Positions 57,661-64,000 of a stretch of 64,000 nt of DNA are shown one piece after another. Numbering within the stretch: position 1 is the stretch's first letter; each line of letters starts with the position of its first letter. Source of the stretch: an uncultured Actinomycetes bacterium (lineage in GTDB: Bacteria > Actinomycetota > Thermoleophilia > UBA2241); contig CAVPVX010000011.1 in the NCBI GenBank assembly GCA_963709345.1, forward strand, positions 32,001 to 96,000. The letters are read 5' to 3'. The notes beneath the pieces are model-generated. The model ran no database searches. It was not told where the DNA came from and worked only from the letters and a program-made list of their open reading frames with translations. A program made the position numbers and the translations under genes.

Positions 57661-57942
57661 ATGCCGATGAAGATCGACGCCAAGCTCGGCCTCGACGTCT
57701 TCAAGCTCGATAAGGAGCCGCACATCGTCATCGACACCGAGATCTGCAAGACGGTGTGCACCGACGAGGCATGCGTCTACGTGTGCCCGGCCGATCTGTA
57801 CGAGAAGGACGACCAGGGCCGCATGACCGTCAACTGGGAGGGCTGCCTGGAGTGCGGCACCTGCCTGATCTGCTGCGACCCGCGCGCCCTCACCTGGAAG
57901 TACCCGAGTGGTCCGTTCGGGGTCCAGTACAGGATGAGCTGA
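57661..57942 (+). CDS. fixX: FixX-like ferredoxin
   Basis: CPADLY, GCLECGTC, WKYP, GVQYR. Confidence 0.9.
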   Translation: MPMKIDAKLGLDVFKLDKEPHIVIDTEICKTVCTDEACVYVCPADLYEKDDQGRMTVNWEGCLECGTCLICCDPRALTWKYPSGPFGVQYRMS

Positions 57943-57973
57943 GCGGGCGACCGCGACGAAAGGGGATGACGTT

Positions 57974-58747
57974 GTGGACATCGTCGTCTGCGTGAAGACC
58001 AACCCGGATCTGCAGATGGTCCGCATCAAGAACCGCGAGGCAGTGACCGAGGCCGTGCCGTACAAGATCGGCGACCTCGAGAAGAACGCCCTGCAGGCCG
58101 CCGTCGACCTGCGCGCCGCCGTCGGCGGCAAGATCACGGCGCTCTGTCTGGCCGAGGGCAACCGCAAGGCCGCCGAGGACATCAAGGTCGCTCTGGCGAT
58201 GGGCGCCGACGAGGCCGTCGTCGTCGACGACCCGGCGCTGGCCGCGCCGGACCAGGCGGCCGTGGCCGCCGCCCTCGCGGCCGCCGTCGGAAAGATCGAC
58301 TCGTGCGACCTTCTGCTGTTCGGGGAGGGCTCGACCGACAACTACACCGGCCAGGTCGGCGCCCGCGTCGCCGAGCTGCTAGGCCTGCCGCAGATCGGCT
58401 ACGCGCGCAAGGTCGAGGCCGCGGACGGCGTCGTGTGCTGCGAGCGCAGCATGGACGACATGATCGAGACGCTCGAGGCGCCGCTGCCTGCCGTCGTCAC
58501 CGTGGTCAGCGAGCTCAACGAACCGACGATCCCCGGCCTCATGCAGATCATGAAGGCCAAGAGCAAGCCGCTGCAGGTGTGGTCGCTTGCCGACCTCGGC
58601 CTGGAGGTTCCCGCGCCGGTGCGCGAGATCGTCAGCAACCTGGCGGAGGTGCAGGACCGCAAGCACGTCATCTTCGAGGGCACGGTGGCCGAGCAGGCCG
58701 ACGCGTTCGTCAATGCCCTCATCAAAGAAGGCGTCCTGGGGAGGTAG
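57974..58747 (+). CDS. fixA: Electron transfer flavoprotein beta subunit (FixA)
   Basis: IVVCVK, ALAMGAD, GEGSTD..TGQVG, LNEP. Confidence 0.9.
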   Translation: MDIVVCVKTNPDLQMVRIKNREAVTEAVPYKIGDLEKNALQAAVDLRAAVGGKITALCLAEGNRKAAEDIKVALAMGADEAVVVDDPALAAPDQAAVAAALAAAVGKIDSCDLLLFGEGSTDNYTGQVGARVAELLGLPQIGYARKVEAADGVVCCERSMDDMIETLEAPLPAVVTVVSELNEPTIPGLMQIMKAKSKPLQVWSLADLGLEVPAPVREIVSNLAEVQDRKHVIFEGTVAEQADAFVNALIKEGVLGR

Positions 58748-58749
58748 TG

Positions 58750-59697
58750 ATGACTGAACTGCTCGTCTACAGCGAGAGAGTCGATACCGCCCGCGAGTTG
58801 GTTGCCGGCGGCAGGGGGTTGGCGGCGGCCCTCGGTCTCGGCGTGGGCGCCGTGGCCCTGGGGCCGGGCGCCGGAGCCGCGGCGAGCGAGCTCGCCGCGG
58901 CCGGCGCCGACACCGTGTACGTGAGCGAGGACGCCGCGTTCGAGGGCTGGCCGGCCGACGCCGTGGCCGCCGGCCTCGCGCAGATCGCGGAGCAGGCCGG
59001 CGCGGGCGTCGTGCTCGTCGGCTCAACGCGCCGCGGCAAGGAGACGGCGCCGCGCCTGGCGCAGAAGCTCGGCGCCGGCTGCGTCACCGACGTGAACGAT
59101 CTCATCGTCGAAGGTGGCGGGCTTGTCGCCGGGCGCTACGCGTTCGGCGGCGCCACCGTGGCGCGCGAGAAGGTCGGCACGCCGGTCAAGGTCTTCGCCG
59201 TGATGCCCAAGACGTTTGACGCCGAGGGCGCGAGCGCCGGGGCCGGCAACGTCGTCAGCCCGGCCCTGACCGTGAGCACCGCCGTCAAGGTCGTCGATCG
59301 CCGCGCCAAGGAGGGCGACCACGTCAACCTCGACGCCGCGCCGCTTATCGTCGGCGTCGGTCGCGGCTTCAACGCGCGCGAGGACCTCGCCCTTGGCGAC
59401 GAGCTCGCGGCCGCTCTTGGCGCCGTGGTCGGCTGCACCAAGAGCCTCGCCGACTTCGAGTGGCTCGACGAGGACCGCATCATCGGTCTCTCCGGCGCCA
59501 AGACGGGCCCGGACCTGTATCTCTGCGTCGGCGTTTCGGGCCAGATCCAGCACACGGTGGGGGTGGCCGGCGCCAAGCTCATCGCCGCCGTGAACAAGGA
59601 CAAGGAGGCGCCGATCTTCGCCATGGCCGACTACGGCCTGGTCGGCGACCTCTACGAAGTGGTGCCGACGCTCGTCGAGCGCCTCAAGAGCGTGTGA
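58750..59697 (+). CDS. fixB: Electron transfer flavoprotein alpha subunit (FixB)
   Basis: GVGRG, PDLYLCVGVSGQIQH, AVNKDKEAPIF, DYGLVGDL. Confidence 0.92.
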   Translation: MTELLVYSERVDTARELVAGGRGLAAALGLGVGAVALGPGAGAAASELAAAGADTVYVSEDAAFEGWPADAVAAGLAQIAEQAGAGVVLVGSTRRGKETAPRLAQKLGAGCVTDVNDLIVEGGGLVAGRYAFGGATVAREKVGTPVKVFAVMPKTFDAEGASAGAGNVVSPALTVSTAVKVVDRRAKEGDHVNLDAAPLIVGVGRGFNAREDLALGDELAAALGAVVGCTKSLADFEWLDEDRIIGLSGAKTGPDLYLCVGVSGQIQHTVGVAGAKLIAAVNKDKEAPIFAMADYGLVGDLYEVVPTLVERLKSV

Positions 59698-59800
59698 CAG
59701 TCAGCCGGGCACGGCCACCTGAGCCTGGCCGGCCGCGCCGCAAGCTGGTCACACCACAGTTGCTCCGGTAGAGAGAGACGGCTCCGCCGGAGCGACACGG

Positions 59801-59826
59801 GCCGGGACCACTTCGGTGGCCCCGGC
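59801..59826. terminator. Hairpin with TTCG loop between the fix operon and the convergent transporter
   Basis: GCCGGGACCAC-TTCG-GTGGCCCCGGC. Confidence 0.5.
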
Positions 59827-59908
59827 TCTCCTGTGCCAGGCACGTTCACCGTGGCGGCCGGCGAGTGTCTGGATCCGTGGCTGCGCCCGCGGCGCCGGTC
59901 CCAGGGGC

Positions 59909-61093
59909 TCAGCCGGGAGCCGGACCCCCGGGCACGCCTGCGTCGGCAGGCGGCGGGCGCAGGAGGAGCGCCTCGTCTTCGTCGCAGCCCGTCGTCTCCC
60001 TGCGCGCCGCGCGCCGCGCATGTCGCAGCGCGATCAGGTCTCCGGCCAAGACCCAGCAGGCGGACGTGAGCGGGATCGCCAGCAGCACCCCGACGATCCC
60101 GGCGAGCACCGCTCCGACGAGCGCCGCGATGAAGACGATGAGAGGGCTGAGCGACACCGTCTTGCTGTACACGAGGTTCTGCAGGACGTTGTTCTCGAAC
60201 TGCTGGTACACGATGAAGAACACCACGAGCACGATGCCGGCGGTGACGCCTCCGGTGGCGAAGCCGACGATGGAGACGATCACCGCGCCGATGGTCGCGC
60301 CGACCAGCGGGATGATGTCGAGGACGGCGACGAGCACCGCGAGCGTCTCGGGATAGGGGATCCCGAGGATCCGGAGCACGATGTACGAGGTGATGCCTGC
60401 GACGAAGCTGATCGCGAGGTTGCCGCGCACGTATCCGCCGACGGCGCGCAGGAAATTCTCGCCGATGCGCTCCGCCCACACGCGTTCGCCGTCGATCATC
60501 ACGCCGAGCACGGAGCGCCAGGCCTTGGGACCTTCGATGAGCAACATGACCATGATCGTGAGGATGGTGATCACAGCGAACACGATGGACGCCGCCTTGC
60601 TCACGGCGCTGACGATGGTGTCCTGGTTGCCGAGCACGACCTTGGTGACCTCCTCGGGTGTCACCTCGGCGATGGTCTCGAGCACGTGGAACCTGGTCTC
60701 GAGGAAGTTGAGCTGCCCGCCCGTCCCGAGCAGGCTGTCGAGGAGGCCGGGGAGGGCGCGGATGAAGTCGTCTGACTGGAAGATGACGGGTAGCGCGACG
60801 GCGACGATGATCGCGATCAGCAGGGCGACCGTCGTCAGCGACACGACCAGCGCGGCGACGATGCGGTTCCACCGGTGACGCACCAGCCACCCTACGGCGG
60901 GCTGGAGCGCGATCGCGAGGATCACGCCGATGAGGACCCAGAGCAGGATGCTGCGGATCTGCTGGAGGACGAGAAGAAGGCCGATGATGGCGAGGACCGT
61001 CAGGGTGACGATGGCCGTGCGCCTGATGAGCTCGCCGGTGCGGATCTCGGGCGCGAAGACCGACTCCCTTGGCGGCGGGCTCTGGTCGCCCAT
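59909..61093 (-). CDS. AI-2E family transporter
   Basis: LAIALQP, GYVRG, IPLVGATIG, QQFENN, GVLLAIP. Confidence 0.9.
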   Translation of the reverse strand: MGDQSPPPRESVFAPEIRTGELIRRTAIVTLTVLAIIGLLLVLQQIRSILLWVLIGVILAIALQPAVGWLVRHRWNRIVAALVVSLTTVALLIAIIVAVALPVIFQSDDFIRALPGLLDSLLGTGGQLNFLETRFHVLETIAEVTPEEVTKVVLGNQDTIVSAVSKAASIVFAVITILTIMVMLLIEGPKAWRSVLGVMIDGERVWAERIGENFLRAVGGYVRGNLAISFVAGITSYIVLRILGIPYPETLAVLVAVLDIIPLVGATIGAVIVSIVGFATGGVTAGIVLVVFFIVYQQFENNVLQNLVYSKTVSLSPLIVFIAALVGAVLAGIVGVLLAIPLTSACWVLAGDLIALRHARRAARRETTGCDEDEALLLRPPPADAGVPGGPAPG

Positions 61094-61175
61094 GTCGTCG
61101 TCACCTCCCGGATGTCGCCCTGCACGAACTACGTCGCACAGCGTATCATTGACGGGCCGCGCCGTCGGCGAGCGT

Positions 61176-61252
61176 GGGCCTATAGCTCAGTTGGTTAGAG
61201 CAGCCGACTCATAATCGGCCGGTCGCAGGTTCGAGTCCTGCTGGGCCCACCA
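61176..61252 (+). tRNA. tRNA with CAT anticodon, most likely tRNA-Ile2 (lysidine)
   Basis: Full cloverleaf, GCCGA-CTCATAA-TCGGC anticodon arm, CCA end; paired first base (not fMet) and ileX-like body. Confidence 0.9.
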
Positions 61253-61379
61253 CGTTGCCATTTCGACAACGATTCTTCCCGCACGCGCAGTCTTCTGCCT
61301 ACCCGGTCGCGCTCCCCTGTGAATCGATGCCAGGCGGGTATGCCTCGCGGATCACGCCGGCTACCCCGGGCTTGAGCGC

Positions 61380-61700
61380 GAAGGGGGTGCTTGGTCGAGG
61401 GTCCACATGGCGCGTGCTCCACGATCATCCGACGCTGTTGACCGGCGCGTCCAGGCGGGTGTGCGCGTCGGGTACGGCCGCGGCGCGGGAGCGAACGTCG
61501 GCCTGGGCCGACAGATCGGCGGTGAGGACATCGATCTCGCTGTCCGGGGAGGGGCGGCGCAGGAGCGCCGCCGCCGACTCAGCGCGGCCAGGTTCCTGGC
61601 CGATCATGCCGACGCGGGCGACGACCTGGGCAAGGGCCGCGGCCGTGGCCCTTGCAGTCTCGCCGCTGCCATCGGTCACGAGGACGGTCTTCCCGCTCAT
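61380..61700 (-). pseudogene. Degraded short-chain dehydrogenase fragment
   Basis: MSGKTVLVT.G, ADLSAQADVR, RLD..VN; glycine-rich motif broken and stop after about 90 codons. Confidence 0.7.
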
Positions 61701-61749
61701 GAGACTTCGGGCGGCCGGGGGTGCAGGGTACTCCGATGCTCACGCCAGG

Positions 61750-62712
61750 CTAGATCGTGATCACGACGTTCCCGGTCTTCTGCCCCGTCTCGACGTATCG
61801 AAAGGCCTCGACGATCCGGTCCAGGGGGTAGCGCCTGTCGATGACCGCCTCATACCTCCCTGCGTCGACGAGCTCCTTGACGAGGGACACGGCCTTCTTG
61901 TTCACCTCGGGGTTCGGGAAACTGACCCGCTTGCCGCCGATCTTCCACGGCCAGAGTGCCAGCAGGGTGTTCTGCCAGAGGAAACCGAACTCCGACGAGA
62001 GGAACACCCCATCGTCCTTGAGGAGCTTCCGGCAGCGCCCGAACGAGCTCTTGCCGACCGTGTCGAAGACGGCGTCGTACTCCTGACCCCGCCGTGTGAA
62101 GTCCTCCACGGTGTAGTCGATGACGGCGTCGGCGCCCAGGGACCTCACGAGGTCCAGGTGCCTGGTGTCGCACACAGCCGTCACCTCCGCCGCGTAGTAC
62201 TTGGCGAGCTGTACCGCGGCGGAGCCGATGGATCCGGAGGCGCCGTTGATGAGGACGCGCTGTCCGGCGCGCAGGCCGGCAGTCCTGATGAACCCCATGG
62301 CGAGCGTCGCCCCATCGCAGATCGCCGCGGCCTCCTCGTAGCCCATGGTCGCCGGCTTCTGCGTGATGGGCGCTGCCTCAGGCAGGCACACGTACTCGGC
62401 GTGGGCTCCGAGGTGAAGCTTGGTCAGCCCGAACACCTGGTCGCCCGGCTTGAATGACCGGACGTCCTTGCCTACCGCCTCCACTTCTCCAGCCAGCTCA
62501 TTGCCGAGGATGGTCGCCCTGGGCCGGAGGAGGCCGGTGAAGAACCGGTTGATGAGCGGCTGCGCCCGGAGGAAGGCGGTGTCGGTGCGGTTCACGGTCG
62601 TCGCGTGAATCCGTATCAGGACCTCGTCCTCCTTCGGCACAGGCTTTGCCACCTCCACAAGACGGAGAACGACGTCCGGTGGGCCGTACCTTGAGTGCAC
62701 GCCTGCTTTCAT
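61750..62712 (-). CDS. NAD(P)-dependent alcohol dehydrogenase/quinone oxidoreductase (MDR family)
   Basis: YGPPDV, GAHAEY, INGASGSIG, LGADAVIDY, VIDRRYPL, KTGNVVI. Confidence 0.9.
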   Translation of the reverse strand: MKAGVHSRYGPPDVVLRLVEVAKPVPKEDEVLIRIHATTVNRTDTAFLRAQPLINRFFTGLLRPRATILGNELAGEVEAVGKDVRSFKPGDQVFGLTKLHLGAHAEYVCLPEAAPITQKPATMGYEEAAAICDGATLAMGFIRTAGLRAGQRVLINGASGSIGSAAVQLAKYYAAEVTAVCDTRHLDLVRSLGADAVIDYTVEDFTRRGQEYDAVFDTVGKSSFGRCRKLLKDDGVFLSSEFGFLWQNTLLALWPWKIGGKRVSFPNPEVNKKAVSLVKELVDAGRYEAVIDRRYPLDRIVEAFRYVETGQKTGNVVITI

Positions 62713-62768
62713 GGGTCACCTATGGGCCGATGTAGTGAAGCCCTCGCGTCGGCTGTTCTTGAGTCTGA

Positions 62769-63470
62769 TCAACGTGAGCCTAAGTCCAGCAGACCCTGCA
62801 GTCCATCGAGGATGAGGCCGAGGCCGAACTGGAAGTCGGCGCTCTCGTCGTAGCCGACCTGCATGGCGTGGTCGGTGATCACCTCGGTGAGGTACGGGTA
62901 CTGGTCGGCGGGGACTGCGCTAAGGAACGCTTCGGTCGTCTCCTCCGGCGGAGCATCGCCGCCGGGTGACATGTGGAACTGCTGGCGTCCAAAGCCGTAG
63001 ATGTAGCTGTCGAGCACGGAGAACGCGCGGACGGCCAGCTCGAGCGAGAACCCCGCTCGCCGCAGAGTCCCGATCACCCAGTCGAAGTACCTCAGCCTCT
63101 CAGGACCGCTGCTCGCGCGCGAGTCGATCAGGGCGCTTGCCCACGGGTGACGTGAGAAGACGTCGTGGGCGGAGGTGGCTCTCCTGCGCATGGCCTCCCG
63201 CCAGTCCACCTCGTACGAGGGGAGATCGATCTCGCTCACAACGAGGTCGATCATGCCGTCGAGGATGTCATCCTTGTTGGCGACGTGGTTGTACAGAGAC
63301 ATCGCCTCGACCCCAAGCCGCTGACCGAGCTCGCGCATGGTGAGTGCGTCGATGCCGCCTTCGTCCGCGACGCCTATGGCCGCACGCAACACCCGTTCCC
63401 TGCTGAGTGGGGTCCGCGGCTCCGGGTTCGGTTTCGAGGATGTCTTCATGGGCCTTTCTGCGGTTGACAT
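62769..63470 (-). CDS. TetR family regulator (TetR_C type)
   Basis: LSRERVLRAAI, LTMRELGQRLGVEAMSLYNHV, FQFGLGLILDG; alternative start 63449. Confidence 0.92.
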   Translation of the reverse strand: MSTAERPMKTSSKPNPEPRTPLSRERVLRAAIGVADEGGIDALTMRELGQRLGVEAMSLYNHVANKDDILDGMIDLVVSEIDLPSYEVDWREAMRRRATSAHDVFSRHPWASALIDSRASSGPERLRYFDWVIGTLRRAGFSLELAVRAFSVLDSYIYGFGRQQFHMSPGGDAPPEETTEAFLSAVPADQYPYLTEVITDHAMQVGYDESADFQFGLGLILDGLQGLLDLGSR

Positions 63471-63506
63471 ACTTACGGCGTAAGTCTATGATGCTTACAA
63501 CGTAAG
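63464..63506 (+). promoter_or_regulatory. Sigma-70 promoter with two TetR-type operators
   Basis: TTGACA-N17-TATGAT; ACTTACGGCGTAAGT (63471-63485) and CTTACAACGTAAG (63494-63506). Confidence 0.8.
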
Positions 63507-63534
63507 TCAGTCTACCACAGAATAGGAGAGCAAG

Positions 63535-64000
63535 ATGAAGACGCTCAGTCAGGGCACTTCGGGTCAGCAGAAGGCGGGCGGCCTCGCCGCACTCTACCTG
63601 GCGCTGGCCTACCTGGTCGCGATGCCCTATTTCCTGGTCGTGGTCAACTACCCCAGCGTCGTCGACCCTCTCAAGAAGGTGGCCCTCCTCGCGGACAACC
63701 GGGGCAGCATGCACGTCATGCACCTCATCACCTATGTGATCTTCGGACTCGTCCTTGCCGTCCTCGCATTGGCGCTCTACAACCGATTGAAGGACGGGAT
63801 GCCGGCGACCATGCAGATCGCGACCGCCGTGGGGCTCATCTGGGCGGTCGCTCTCGTCGCCAGTGGCTTGGTCTTCAACTCCGGCATGGGGACGGTAGCC
63901 GAGCTCTATCACTCACACCCGGCTCAGGCCGTATCGGCCTGGCAGGCGATCGAGCCCGTGACGGATGGCCTCAGCGGCTCCGGCGGAGAGATTCTCGGCG
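63535..64000 (+). CDS. DUF4386-like membrane protein (partial, runs off window)
   Basis: AGGAG RBS; MKTLSQ...QKAGGLAALY, multiple TM helices; open to the window end. Confidence 0.7.
   Translation, partial: MKTLSQGTSGQQKAGGLAALYLALAYLVAMPYFLVVVNYPSVVDPLKKVALLADNRGSMHVMHLITYVIFGLVLAVLALALYNRLKDGMPATMQIATAVGLIWAVALVASGLVFNSGMGTVAELYHSHPAQAVSAWQAIEPVTDGLSGSGGEILG

Noticed and set aside
63499-63508. AACGTAAGTC shared between the TetR operator region and the PadR palindrome (7433-7442)
   Set aside because: The half-sites are arranged in opposite orientation in the two operators; probably coincidental

Overview
A very GC-rich bacterial chromosomal window. Gene order (lysA-hom...rho-rpmE-prfA-prmC; recO-glyQS-ppdK-dnaG-rpoD; yacP-sigH) and B12/Fix genes fit a deep-branching, probably anaerobic actinobacterium such as Thermoleophilia (inference). 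It holds about 55 CDS, tRNA-Asn(GTT) and tRNA-Ile2(CAT). I found no CRISPR array, integrase or transposase. Main signals: (1) an archaeal-type cyclic 2,3-diphosphoglycerate pathway (cpgS + 2-phosphoglycerate kinase), tightly coupled to a CpdA-like metallophosphoesterase (candidate cDPG hydrolase) and preceded by PPi-type PFK, ApgM and a glycoside hydrolase, all in the slot where thrC-thrB usually sit; (2) two intact tandem rpoD genes followed by a B12/radical-SAM protein missing one cluster cysteine; (3) an ~850 bp scar made of diverged fragments of three neighbouring genes; (4) a PadR-type palindrome placed in the same register in two promoters. Frameshifts cluster at 10.3-12.4 kb, with single ones near 31.8 and 45.35 kb, and may be read errors. 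All family calls come from motif recognition, not database searches.
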